From the NCBI GenBank assembly GCA_035221665.1, contig CM069131.1, positions 150,288,001 through 150,352,000 of the forward strand: 64,000 nucleotides of DNA, read 5' to 3'. How positions within the stretch are numbered: the first letter of the stretch is position 1; every line of letters begins with the position of its first letter. This DNA is from Okamejei kenojei. Its lineage: Eukaryota. A program made the translations under genes and the position numbers. The notes under the pieces are model-generated. The model was given only the letters and a program-made list of their open reading frames with translations, had not been told where the DNA came from and did not search any database. Shown in pieces: positions 24,409 to 38,204 of the stretch.

Positions 24409-25087
24409 TATGATTATAAAATTCTAGGTAAGTCCATGATCAAAGGCTATCAGCACTTGGATAGCAATTATAAATATACTGACTCGTCGGGCAAATGGGA
24501 AATTGATATCATCAAAGACTGACAGGAACTGGGGAAGGGGTCCACATGCCACAAAAATTCAAATGAATGAGCATTCATTACAATTCAGTATGATTCAAAT
24601 ATTAATGCTACTCATCTACCTCGAATGCAAGCTGCAGCCCGACAGTCATTGTTTAAACAAACCATAGTGTTGCCTCCTTACCAAACTCAAAAGAAAATGT
24701 TAAATTGATAATCCTTTAGCACTAATATACTAACCAAAATAAATATCTTAATATCACTTCATAATTCATAAAATATAATTTATATTTTCTCTTTGTCCTC
24801 TCTTCAAACTTTAAGTATCACCTTAATAAACGTCTGTTATATGTTCACCACTGTTTTAATGTCCTTTCTATAATGTGGTGCTTGAAACTGCATGCAGTGT
24901 TTGAACTGTGGTCAACCCATTGTTTTTTTTTTTGATAAATTCACTATTACGTCTTTATCCTATATCCTTATTTGTGGACCCAAAATTTTACTGGGCATTT
25001 TATAGATCTATCTCCATCAGAAATGGGTAAAGAAACAGCAGTCTTACATTTAAATAACTGTCACATAATTTCCTGTATAAACTAGTT

Positions 25088-25415
25088 AATAAAGTACTTT
25101 GGAGTTGTATTCATCTTTGGAATGCAGGATAGTTGTCAACCAATTTGTGCGCAGCAAACATCCTCCAACGGTAATGTAATAATGAGCAGATAATCTATTT
25201 CAGTTATCTTCGATGAGAGGTAGATGCTAGCCAGGACATCAGGGATAACTCTCTTCTCATCTTTGAAAGAATGTCATGCAATCTTTTACATCTACCTGTG
25301 ACAGCAGTTGTGCCTTGATTTAACATCTCATTTGAAGTACAGCAGCTCTGACAGTGCTGTGCTTCCTTGGTTCCTTAGTACTGCACTCGACTGTCAACCT
25401 AGATTTATATGTTCA
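25088..25415 (-). mobile_element. DeuSINE (SacSINE1/AmnSINE1-like), diverged
   Basis: Reverse strand has GTGCAGTACTAAGG...GATGTAAAAGAT...GTCCTGGC...GCTGCGCACAAATTGG, Deu-domain-like. Confidence 0.65.
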
Positions 25416-26469
25416 CTCTACTTTTGCACCATCAGAGCATTATGTATCTGAAGCCACTAAGTCTCCAAGATCATCTACTATTATTTCTCCCTTGAATAGC
25501 ACTTTCATTTTTTTTGTTCTCCCTTCCAAACTCTTCACATCTCAGAATTCTCCAGATTATATTTAAATTGCTAACGGTTTGTGTATTCCAAATAGCACTA
25601 CCAAATCTACCAAAACTTAGTTGTTCTCAATATTTATCAAATCTTCTATTTTTATATCATCTACACATTTTGAGTATATGATTCCTATCTGTTTGGGAAG
25701 CACTGTGTCAAACTATTATTCAATCTGAGCAACATTTACTTACATTAATTTATTGTTTTATTTCTGTCGATCAACAATATTTAATTCAATACTCTGTAAG
25801 TGTAAAAGTTATGAAACCATGTTAAATAGGTCTTGGGCAATCTTGTACTGACTGTCAATGTTTAGCCACTCATTTCTGTATGCTTACTAATTTCAAGTTA
25901 TAGATTTTAAGCAAGAATAAACATTAAAAAAAACACAATTACTTAACAAGTCGGGCAACTTTGTAGGGACACAAGAATTAATGGCACATATTTTTCTAAT
26001 TTAGGTCTACTGCTTACACTCTCCAATGCATTCTCCATTCCCAATAGCTTTTCTCAGAATAAATCAGAATCATAATCTTCCTAACTCAAGGTGGCAATGT
26101 ATTTGAATGTTGGATGTGGTCACAACTAGGCCCATCCACAAAACAATATGTTTAGCAATATATGTGAGTATCTGACAGGTAGATACATTAATTACATTGC
26201 CAAAAGAATATATTTTCTTGAAATTAAACTAAAACTTTTACAAGCATCATTTCAAAAGAAAGTTACAAATATTCATTTTTTTAAAAAAGGTTGGTTATCT
26301 TTCACTTCCTCCATCCCTTCAACCTTACAGTCGCCATTTAAATGAATCTTCCAATCTGCTGCATAATCTGGTACGTTATTTTTACCCAGTATGCTTCATC
26401 CACGAATCAAAACCTTACTTGATTATTGCTTAGACACGCAGTCAACGAGTATTAGAGAGAGCGAAGGCT

Positions 26470-27160
26470 CTGATTCCACACAGAATCAGGGCCTTAGGCT
26501 CAACTCCTCCATGCTGACCAAAATGTCCCATCTAAGCTAGTCCCATTTGCCCCTGTCCGGCCCATATCCTTCTAAACTTCTCCTATCCATGTACCTGTCC
26601 AAATGTATTTTAAATGATGTTATAGTACATGCCTCACCTACCTAATCTGGCAACTTGTTATACCCAATACCCTCTGTGGAAAAAGTTGTCCCTCAGTTGT
26701 TCCCTCTTGGTGAGAGAAATCTTTCCCCTCTCACCTTAAACCAATGTCCCATACCGTGGGTATAAGACTATGGGCATTCTCCTCATGATTTTATAGACTG
26801 AGAAGACATCACTCCTCATCCTCCTTCACTCCAAGGAATAAGGTCCAAGCCTGCCCAACCTCTCCCTATAGTTCAGCCCTTGAGTCCTTGCAAGATCCAA
26901 GGAAGACTTCTCTGCTCTCTCTCTCCAGCTTAGTGACATCTTTCCTAATGAAGGGCGACCAAAATTGAACACAGTACTCCAAATGCGGTCTCACCAATGT
27001 GCAACTGTACCATGATATTACAACATCTATACTCAGTACCATGACTGATGAAAGCCAATGTACAAAAAAACGTATTTACCACCCTCTCTCTCTGTGACAC
27101 CGCTTTCAGGGAACCTTAATCCCTCTGCTCTATAACACTCCCCAGGGCTCTACCATTCAC
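26470..27160 (-). mobile_element. CR1-like LINE 3' fragment
   Basis: Reverse complement of the family seen at 1795-2062, extending further 5'. Confidence 0.7.
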
Positions 27161-27257
27161 ACACCAGCATTCTAGTGTACAGCAAGCCCCCAGCAAACTC
27201 CAGGCCAATATTTCAAATAAATGGCCATATTAGGTCCAGATGTGGGGCATCGTGCTG

Positions 27258-27538
27258 AAACATAGAAATTAGGTGCAGGAGCAGGCCATTCGGCCCTTCG
27301 AGCCTGCAGCGCCATTCAATATGATCATGGCTGATCATCCAACTCAGTATCCTGTACCTGCCTTCTCTCCATACCCCCTGATCCCTTCAGCCACAAGGGC
27401 CACATCCAACTCCCTCTTAAATATGGCCAACGAACTGGCCTCAACTACCTTCTGTGGCAGAGAATTCCACAGATTCACCATTCGCTGTGTGAAAAACGAT
27501 TTTCTCATCTCGGTCCTAAAAGACTTCCCCCTTATCCT
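27258..27538 (-). mobile_element. CR1-like LINE 3' end
   Basis: Reverse ORF RIRGKSFRTEMRKSFFTQRMVNLWNSLPQKVVEASSLAIFKRELD is the typical CR1 ORF2 C-terminus. Confidence 0.85.
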
Positions 27539-29174
27539 CAAACATTAACTTTGCTTCTCTTTTCATAGATGTACAGCATTTTCTGTTTTTATTATGGATT
27601 TTAAATGTTTGCCTGAACTTAACTAATCATGGCATTCACACCACTTTCAAGTGTGCCAAAGAATTTTGTCAAATTTATTTTTTAAATGCTAATATATCTG
27701 AATGAAGCCGCAGTTGGGTACACCCAAGCACACTTATCATTCACATGCAATAAAATAAGCATCTCCAAAGTGCTCTGTGAACATTATACAATTCATATTA
27801 GCATAAATATTGACATCAGTGAATGAAAGAATGCATTAATAGAAGAAAGTGAAGTGATGGGTTTTAGAAAATACTCCAAGATCTCATCAGCAATTCAGTA
27901 CTTTTCCGTCTTGTTCCCTCCAAGACTATCCCCTATTATTTTTTCTTGCCACATTGCTATTCTCTTTATTTTGCTCTGGCTCTTGTAGAATGTTAAACAC
28001 CAGGTTAAATTTCAATGCTGACAATGTTTTAACATTACAAAAAATAACTGCACTACCAGCACCAATAATTAACATTCATACAAGGAAACACATTTTAGGA
28101 GGAATAAAAATAAAAATAATATCTTCTGAATTTTTTTACAGTGGGTGCAACAAAATGAACATTCAAAAACCAAAATCTCATTAATAAAACTCAAGAAAAC
28201 TAAGTAAAGAATGTACTCAAATTTTGTCATTAGGTTTAACTGAACATTGACAACCATTTATTCCACTTTAACACTTTAATGGGCTTTTTGGACTGGAGGT
28301 TCTCTCAGCCAACTATTTATTAATGTTATGTCCTCTGAGGAGTATCTGGGGAAACAGTGCAAATATACAAATCAACAAAGCATTTGCACTAAGACTGCAA
28401 ATTCATTAATGTGAATCCATGGATCACAACTGGGAAACATCAGTTAGAAATATTTTATTGGTTCAGATTTTGCACCGAAAGCAAAATAAAGATAAGGAAA
28501 TAGAGATGGCATCAACAGAAAGAGATAAAATAGATAGGAAAAAAAATACTATCTATCTAAAGGTTTAAAATACTTTTTTAAAAGCTCAACATTCTTAAGA
28601 TTTTATGGAATGAGTATCCTAATGTAAAAGCTAATTTTCAATATGAAAGAGAATTTTGGAGTGATTATGATTTAAAATACTGATAAAAAGGAATCTTTCC
28701 AATGAATGGCCAAAGCCTACTTTATCCTTTGTTCGTTATGTGCTTGCTCTACACTGGGAAGAATAATACAAACTGGCCAATTGCTTTCTAGAACTCCAAT
28801 GTTCACCCCAATCTGACACCAAGCTGCCCGGAGTCTTTTCCTTAATTCTCCATCTGACTCACACAATTACCTTCAGCTGCTAAACTGTTCTAAAGCCAAT
28901 CAGCCTAAGTATATTAACTTTTCAAGTCACACTATTACAGCCTCTGGATTTAAGATTGACCTCAACAATTTCAGGAAATGTTTCTGCAGTTTCCCATCTG
29001 AACTCATTTTTCAGTTCCTCTAATAAACCCATTATTTCATATTTTATAACAAGGTAGAGGAAGGGCATACAAGACATATTGCTTATGCCGGTTTTGAGAG
29101 CAAACTCATTTTTCTATTTATTTCCCAGTGTCTTATTCTCTCACAAGCCCAACCCAGTGATTCTCTTATCCTCC

Positions 29175-29378
29175 ACATGCACATGGGGTAAGTTATAACA
29201 ACAAAATTCACCTAATGACCAGCACACCATGGGGCTGCTGGATGAAACTGGAACACATTGACGTGGATCCAGGAGTAATGTGCAAACCCCACATGGAGTG
29301 GTATGGAGGTCAGAATTGAAGCTGAGTCACTGGAGTTGTGAGTCAACGATGCTACATGCAATGCTAATGTGCTGCCCA
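29175..29378 (-). mobile_element. Degenerate older V-SINE-like copy
   Basis: Diverged similarity to the SINE head and V domain on the reverse strand. Confidence 0.45.
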
Positions 29379-29604
29379 TCCTTCTGCAGTGTGCTCTCAT
29401 CCTATGCAATGGAACAAGAATCTTTATTTGTCATATGCACTAAATATGAATTGGAACATTGAAATTCTTCCATGCTGCAACTTTACAGGATGATAACAAT
29501 AGAAAATAATACATGATAAATTAATAGTTGTTCAAAGGAAACTGGAGTATGATAATGCAGAAAACAAAATTGGTGGAACAACCAGAATAGTCCTGTTATA
29601 GACT

Positions 29605-30345
29605 GATAGAGCCATATAGTGTGGAAACAGGCCCTTTGGCCTAACTGGCCCACACTGAACAACATTACATTACGCTGTTATTGTGTAATTTATGCTTAGC
29701 CAAAGTTATGCAGCAAGGAAACAAGCCCTTCAGCCCAACTGCACTAAGCCAACCTGATTTTATAACTGAGCTGGTCTCATTTGACTCTTGTTTGGCCCAA
29801 ATCCCACTAAACCTTTCAGTGATCTATGTACCTGTCCAAATGTGTTTTAAACATTATAATTGTACCTCTAAACCTTCCTCTAGCATCGTGTTCCGCATAC
29901 CGATCACTCTCTGCGTGAAAAGGTTGGTTCTCAGATCTGCGTTACAACTTCCCCTCTCACTTTAAATCAATGCCAACTAGTTTCCTCTCCTCAGAAAAAA
30001 TGGCTATAACCATTCACTATATCCATGTCCCTTGTGATTTTATATACTTTGAAAAGGTTACCCCTCATCTTGTTGCATTTCAGGGAAAAAGATTAAGCCT
30101 ATCAAGTCACTCCTTATAATTCAAGCCTTCCAGTCCCACTATCACCCTTGAGAATCTGTTCTGCACCCTTTCCAGCCAGATTTACGACAATTTTCCTATA
30201 ACTTGGTGAACAGAACTGTACACGGTATTCCAAGTGTGTTCACATCTCTGTCTTGTAACATGGCATTCCAACTCTTGTACTCAATGTACTGACTGATGAA
30301 GGCAAATGTGCCAAATGCCTTCTTCACCACTTAATCAACATGTTT
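29605..30345 (-). mobile_element. CR1-like LINE fragments
   Basis: Similar to 26470-27160 and 60195-60790. Confidence 0.65.
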
Positions 30346-31069
30346 TGCCTTTGGCATCTGAAAACATCTTAAGTTAGAGCATAAGATCATTAACTCGATA
30401 CGTTAACACCTGGTCAGCATAAACTAGTTGGTCTGAAGAGCCTGTTTCCATGCTGTATAACTCTGTAACTCTATGATTCTATGCAGAGAATGGTGGGAAA
30501 AAAAGAATGAGCAAAGTGAAAATTCTGAATAGATGGAAGGCCTCAGATTACATGATATCAAGTCTACTCTGGTTATTCCATGGATGCTTGCTAAACTGTT
30601 GTGAAATGACAGCATTTTCTGTTTCTATTTTAGTATCCATAATATTTTTCTTTTGAAGAAGACATGCTAATAGGACTGGATAAAATCAGATTAAAGAATG
30701 CCTGTGTGAAATCTAAGCACTACCAAAGATCAGTTGTGTGGCTGTGAATTCTATGTATATCAACACAAGATATTGACACTGGAAAGGGAACATTTCAGGG
30801 GATTTGTCTTTTCTTCCAATTTAACTTTTAATTTTCAAATGTAGACAAACTTGGGTTGTGAATGTTGAGAATCTGGACTCATTATTATTGTTTATGTCCT
30901 GTTCTGGGCAACACAAAAGTGAATGAGATGTGCACCACAAATATAATGTTGCTACCTGCCACACATGCTAAACACACTAATCGCACACTGGTAAGACAGT
31001 GACCTAACTCTGAATGAACTTTCTACATAGAAAATCTTACCTTTTTTTGACTCATCTAATCCAAGAGTT

Positions 31070-31510
31070 TGGAAGAATGAGGGGAGCGTGGGGGGGGGGT
31101 CTCATTTAAACCTACCAGATAAGGATAGGCCTAGATGGAGTGGACGTGGAGAGGATGTTTCCAGTAATGGGAGAGTCTAGAATGAGATGGCACAGCCTTA
31201 TAATAGAACAATTAAAAGATGGCACAGACTTAAAATAAATAAAAATAAAACCTTTAGAATGGAGATAGGGGTGAATTTCTTTAGCCAGAGGGTGGTAATT
31301 ATGTGGAATTCATTGCCACAGACAGCTATGGAGGTGGATGATAGGTATTTTTAAAGAGCAGATGGTTAGGTTTTTGATTAAGAACAGTGTCAAAAGTTAT
31401 TGGGAGAAGGCAGGAGAATGGGCTTGAGAGGGTAAAATAGACCGGCCATGATTAAATGGTGGAGTAGACTCGTTGCACTAAATTGCCTGAATTCTGCACC
31501 AATGTCTTAT
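31070..31510 (+). mobile_element. CR1-like LINE 3' fragment
   Basis: TTTCTTTAGCCAGAGGGTGGT..TGTGGAATTCATTGCCACAG. Similar copies at 9860-10030, 20698-20815 and 36372-36700. Confidence 0.7.
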
Positions 31511-33039
31511 AGCCTATTGGCCTCATGGGCTGCCATCAGGTTACCCTGGCCACAAACAATTTGTCATTCCCAGCATGAACACCCAGAGTGCTATGTATTT
31601 TCTTGGGATGATCAAGTGACAAGATTACATGACTTAATAAAATTTATGCATATCTAGTTAACAGCCATTTACAAGACTTTGGATTGTGTTTTGCCATGTA
31701 TGTCCTCTTATAGGTGAAGTCTTTAACTTCACGTGTAAAACCAATTTTCTTTTCCACTGAAGTCAATTCGGCGTCTATTACACCTGACTGATCTGATATC
31801 ACCTGTTTTATAACAATACATTTGAAAGTTCTGAGATAATGTTGTAATTCACCATGTGAATTGAAATATGAAACAGGAAACGAATGCACTTTACATGCTT
31901 GTTATATTGTGCAGGTTTGCCTTCTCATTGTAAAGCTGAACCTTTTGCTTTATTTCTCAGTGATGAAATTATATCGTGAAGTATAGGTGTACAAATATTT
32001 AATACATCCTTAATTATTTTTAACTATATTTATCAAAGCTGTTAACACATTTAAAATAAATGGGTTATTGGTTCAACCAAAATAGACAACCAAAATATTT
32101 TGCACAATTACATTAAACTCTTGCAGTGTGATGGATGAAAATGTTCAGGTTGAATCTAAAGGTTCTGTTTATACAAGGCAATCAGAAAAGCAAGCTCCAG
32201 TGGCGGTTGAGTGACAGGGTCAACAAAAGCACTTTTAGTTAATATTAATGTAATGTGGGGAGAAATAAAATAAATACATGAATATATTTCTTGTTGAGAT
32301 GAATGTACGAATGCTAATTTTTCTGCCCTAACTCATCTAATGCAAATAGCGTTATTATTGCCTGAAGGAATCTGTCAAGAGTCCAAGTAAGACGTTGTCA
32401 TCCCGCACATGAAACATTTGCTGCAATGTGGTCATTTTAAATTATAATAAGGGTACAGTTGGTAATCCATCCACTGAGAAAGAGGACACTACAAAGAAAC
32501 TTGATATTGCTGGTCCTGAGGTGGACAAATATCCCTTCACAATGGTGATTCAGTGAATTTGTGAAAATGACATGATCAGAATATTTGGGCCTACACATTC
32601 CTAGTTTCCTATGAAGATGTTATCTTTGCTGAGAGTCTGCCAGATGGTTCTCCATAGGGAGGGAGGGAGGGAGGCAAAACTAGTCACTGATCACACAGTC
32701 TGTGTACACCTCTTCGCAGCCAGACACATTTCCCCAACTGGCTTCATGGTTACTTTGATTCCTACAGCTATGAACTGCTTCTTTGGACAATAAGAAGCTG
32801 TGCCAAGCATCTCGAATGAAGCTATTGTGCAATTCAAAGGCTTATTCTGTGTCGGTGACAATGTGCAGTGGCTGACCAAGGATTAAGAGATTTGGCAAAT
32901 CGTCCAACACTTTTCACAAAAGCATTGGTGAAAAGAAGAGCTTTTAAAATATTGGTGCATTGTCACACAATCAAGCATGTCTGAAGAAGGGTCCCAACCT
33001 CAAACCTGATGTACCCATTCCCTCCACAGATCCTCCATA

Positions 33040-33341
33040 GGGCGGCATGATGGCACAGCGGTAGAGTTGCTGCCTTGCAATGCTTGCAGTGCCAGAGACC
33101 CGGGTTCAATCCAACGGGTGCTGTCTGTACGGAGTTTGTACGTTCTCCCCGTGATCGCGTGGGTTTTCTCCGAAATCTTTGGTTTCCTCCCACACTCCAA
33201 AGACGTACAGGTTTGTAGGTTAATTGGCTTGGTGTATGTGTAAATTGTCCCTAGAGTGTGCAGGATAGTGTTAATGTGCAGGTATTGCTGCTCGGTGGGC
33301 TGAAGGGCCTGTTTCTGCGTTGTATATCTAAACTAAACTAA
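33040..33341 (+). mobile_element. tRNA-derived SINE inserted into a Penelope-derived element
   Basis: Full-length copy that splits the host between CCACAGAT and GATGCTGCCTGACC. Confidence 0.85.
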
Positions 33342-36300
33342 GATGCTGCCTGACCCAGTTGTGTTACTCTTGTACTTTGTGTTTTGCTCAAAATTCTGGC
33401 ATCTGCAGCTGTCATTGTTAAACTATTGTTTTGAGGTAAACTACTATTACTAATTGTGGTTTCCATTTACCCTTTAATCCCACAATTTATATAGTTGAAC
33501 TTTTTGTGAAGGTTTTCTGCCTTCTAGGATATTTTCAAAACATAAACAGAAATAAACCCAAGTTGACCCTTGATCAGAGCCATTCTACACTGACACTTCG
33601 GTCAATTTGATTAAAGAAACTAGTGCCTAATGCAGATTTTTCCACTACCCCAATAGTGCAGTTACAAAATTAATATTACTCAACATGAGTCGTGGCACAG
33701 TAGCACAGAAAATATCCAGATTCAGACCATGTTAGATACAAAGAATTTCAAGATACTAAGAATTTATTAGCCAAATATGTAAGTTATAAGCATAACCTCC
33801 CTATAGGGCCAGGAAATGAACTACAGTGTCATTTAAATGTAACAATGTATTCAAATGAAGCCATAGGGGAAACCCATCCACTTAGGATACTTCTTTCATT
33901 CATCTGCGATAAGCCTTTGGCAAGATCCATGGGGTGTGAAATTGTTAAAGGACTAGAATTTTTTTTTTTTTGTGATTTGGTATTTTAATGTGGTGTTTTT
34001 CAATGAAACATGTTGCCTTTTTAAAAAAAAAAGTTGTTATTTCTTCTAATGGTATGATGGGTCAGTGTTCTCTATCATTAATGCACCTGCCTAGTAGCTG
34101 TCAGTGTCAATTATCTCCTTTTACTTCTCGGAGCTTCACAGTTGAACACATTGTACTAGTTGGCATATTAAGATTAATTATTGAGGTTGAGACATCACTA
34201 TTTCAAAGTTGTACTTATAAAGTTGAACAAAGGCTTGGCAAGATTCAGGCAACTGATTCATCCCACCAGAACCAGAGAGCAGTGCTGAACTAGACAATAG
34301 GTGCAGGATTAGGCCATTTGGCCCTTCAAGCCAGCACCACCATTCAATGTGATCATGGCTTATCAGTACCCCCTGCCTGCCTTGTCCCCATATTTCCTGA
34401 CTCAGCTATCTTTAAGAGCCCTATCTATCTCTCTCCTGAAAGTATCCAGAGAACCGGCCTCCACCGCCCTCTGAGGCAGAGAACTACTGTCTACCACTTT
34501 GGTGACCCTCGGACTACCCTTGATCAGATTTTGCTGGATTTGCCTTGCACTAAATGATATTTCCTTATCATGCATGAACACTCTGTAAATTACTTGATTG
34601 TAATCATGTATTATCTTTCAAATGACTGGATAGCATGCAACATAAGCTTTGACTGTACCTCGGTACATGTGACAATAAATTAAACTGATGGTTCTGCCTA
34701 CGATTGCCACAAATGGTACCTGTAAAGCCTTCCGGAGAGTAAGGCGACGGGATTACCTAAGTCAGTAAAGCCTGCATCATCAGATGTAGGAAGAACGGCA
34801 GCTAACCTGCACCAGAAGACAATTTCTCAACTGTATTTCCATCACTACTATGTTCAGAAATGATTAATAGGTTTCCAAAAACTGGAATGTAAATATTTGA
34901 TGCAAAGATGCCAGTTTGCTAGCACTTTCAACTTTCCTTGAATATCAAAAGAAACATGACATAGCTGCAATAGAAACATTAAAATGCTGGAGATATTCAG
35001 CAAGACAGGCAGTGTCCATAGTGAGAAAAACAAAGATGTTTCAGGTCGACGACATTTCATGACAACATTTTGGCTATTTTTTCTATATGTAAAGAAACTG
35101 CTTTTTTGCTGCATTTCTTGAAACCATAGGTGGCAACCATGCAGCACATTCGGGAAGTTCTTCAGCGGATATGCCTTTTGCAGTTAGCTCGTGTTTCAGA
35201 AATTTATTATGAGAGCGTTGGAGAAGTTAAGTGCCTCAGGCCTTTGATTTTATGTGCGGGCTGAGAATCAGAATGCCTCGGATGCAATAGAAAAGCTGTC
35301 CAGACTAATGCACAATAAGGTGTCAGGCAATGGTTTAAATATCTTACACCACATACTTGGGAACTGTAACTGGTTAACAGGATGATTAGAGGGTCATATA
35401 CGTCTCCGCATTGAATGTGCACAGTGAACAATATCAACTATTCTTTTTGATCAGCAACTCCTTTTTGAGGGAAAGGTCTCCAAAATGTTAAACACAACTC
35501 TTCGTCCTCAATGCTGCACCTCCTTCAATTTGTCATGTTTAGGCACTAAAGAGCTTCATCATTTGGTCTCAACAAATCCCATCATATTTATTTAATCTTC
35601 CCTTATTTTGCCAGCTATTTTTAATATCTGATAGATCATTTAAAATAACTGAAAAGGTTTGCCGTCTTTGAAGTGGCTAAAACAATGCCTCTTCATGACT
35701 TTAAATCATTTTATCCGAAGCAGTATTTTAAATGATCCCTTATTTTACTCCATCCACATTTGCTACATGATGGTGGGACAGGAGTTTGCATGAATAAGTA
35801 ATTTACAGGCAATTTCAGTAAACCCCTTGGGTAACTTTAAATTTCAATGACGCAGAATGCAAACAGTGGTAGAACAAACACACCTCAAACAATATTACTT
35901 TTAATTAAAGTCAGTGGGCCAAATCGTTCAGCTGATCCGTGCAAGCAAGTCCCAGACATGCACGGATCTGATTTAGGTTTGGGACTCACTGTGTGACAGA
36001 TGTCAACACATCTGCCACTTCTCTCCATCCCCAGCTTCTATGCACTGATCCAAGTGGTCTCCAGTCCTACTGGATTCTTCCAGTATTGTGCTGGCAACCA
36101 GCCCTTCAACCTTGGGCCTGATTTAGGCCGGAAAGCCTATTCATTTCAATTGAACATTCCTGACCCAGAGAATGAGGAAGGTATATTTTAATTAATTTAC
36201 TTTAGTTTAATTTTCTTTTGCTTTGAGGATATTTTAAAATGCTTTTTTGTTAATTAAATATCTTAAAATAATTTATATATTTTAATTATGTGCATCTGTT

Positions 36301-36371
36301 TTAATTAGTTTTTAAATGTTTCCCAATATCAGAGACTAGTTCCCATTGTGGAGGGCGAATAATGAAAGACT

Positions 36372-36700
36372 CAGATACAGTGAATGTGCAGAATGTATTT
36401 CCTGCAGTTGGAGTCTAGGGCCAGAGTGCACAGCCTCAGAATAAAAGGACATATCTCTAGGATGGAGATAAGGAAGAATTTATTGAGCCAGAGGGTGCTG
36501 GAATGCATTGCCAAGGATGGCTGGGGAGGCATTGGGTACTTTTAAAGCAGAGATGGTTCTTGATTAGGAAGGGCATCAAAAGTGATGGCACGAAAGCAGA
36601 AGAATAGGGTTGAGAGGGAAAAATAGATCAGACATGATTGAATGGTGGAGAAGACAAAATGGGTGCAAATTGCCTAATTCTGCTCCCGTGTCATGGTCTT
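36372..36700 (+). mobile_element. CR1-like LINE 3' fragment
   Basis: Homologous to 31130-31510. Confidence 0.65.
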
Positions 36701-37970
36701 AAAGGTCAGTGGGACCAGCTCTTCAACTCTGCACCAGGTAAGTGTATGTGGAGAGTTGAATCCAGACACCAAGCCAAGTTCAACACAGTCCAACCCAATG
36801 GAAAGGGAACTGAATAGAGTATGTTACAGGTTATTAATCTATGTCCAAGCTCTACACGCCTAGCAACATTGAAATTTAGCTCTACTGACTATGGCTTAAC
36901 TTGATCCTAATGGGTGTTCTGTTCTGTGATCTGACAGCTTTGTTTTCCCTGTTCCACCTTCTCAATATGGGCAAAAATTGTTTGGGAGGGATAATGATAG
37001 TGTAAAATGTGTGACAGAGATCTGCCAACCCACTGTACAATTTCATTTCCTGGTTCATGTATTCTATTGGTGTATTTCAGGGATTCGTATTCCCATTAAA
37101 TTACAACTTTAATTACAGAAGGGACTGGCTATATGCAAAGCTTCACTGCTGGGTTCTTGGTAGGGCAAAAGCTATTCTCATAGATTTTATAACCTTATGT
37201 GAAATAATGCTCCAAAATAGGTTTTTAACCCATCCATCTCTCGGTTTATCTGTAACTTATGCCAGTATGAACAATCATCTGGATAAACTATATTAATCTG
37301 TCTTCATCATCACAATATCTACCATCAGCACACAATAAAGTACACTAAACAAATAATAAATATTATTCCACCTGAATAGTAACATATTTTGAAGAAATGT
37401 AATAAATACATCCCAGGATTGAAACACAGCTTAAAAACTGCATTTTGGGTGACTTCATCTGATCATTTCAATTGCTTGACTTTTGCAAATAACTCCAATA
37501 GTGATCAATAGGGGAAAATTCATGGAGGTTTTCCACTGCAAGATGCAAAATTAAGGTCTATATTAAAGGCTAAATTACAAATGTGGTCAAAATAGAGAGC
37601 CGTACTTCATGTATTTTTATATATGAACTTTTCCTCTTCCCAATATTTTCAGGTTTCTTCCTTTGTGGCTGCTTGGGGTTTTACAGAGTAAAGATTTCAT
37701 AATGGTAGTGAGAGTCTTCCATTAAAAGCATAGTCACTGTGAGTTCTGTGGTATTCACTCTCTACCCAGGAAGAAGAATGTCAGTAATGTTCTCCAGAGA
37801 TGCTGCCTGACCTGTCGAGTTACTCCAACACTCTGTCTTTTTTTGAGTGTCAGTAATTACTGGCACCGCTTATACACATGGGAGATCACAACTCACAGAC
37901 TGAAGGGGACGAGATGGTGATCTCCCAGTTGAGCCTGCTGCCGTGAGAAAGGTGGCGGCCTGTTTTGTTC

Positions 37971-38204
37971 AGGACAGAACTGCAGATGCTGGTTTAAACC
38001 GAAGATAGACACAAAACGCTGGAGTAACTCAGCATGACAGGCAGCATCTCTGGACAGAAGGAATGGGTGATGTTTTGCGTTGAGACCCTGCTTCAGACTC
38101 TGAAATAGTTTGAAGAAGGGTCTCAACCCGAAACGTCACCCATTCCTTCTCTCCAGATAGACTGCCTGTCCCGCTGAGTTACTACAGCTTTTTGTGCCTA
38201 TCTC
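37971..38204. mobile_element. Palindromic Penelope-derived element with hammerhead-like motifs
   Basis: Two inverted arms, flanked by exact 15 bp duplication CGGCCTGTTTTGTTC (37956-37970, 38205-38219). Confidence 0.8.

Noticed and set aside
35934-35968. 10 bp inverted repeat as a pre-miRNA
   Set aside because: Stem too short and probably part of an old repeat.
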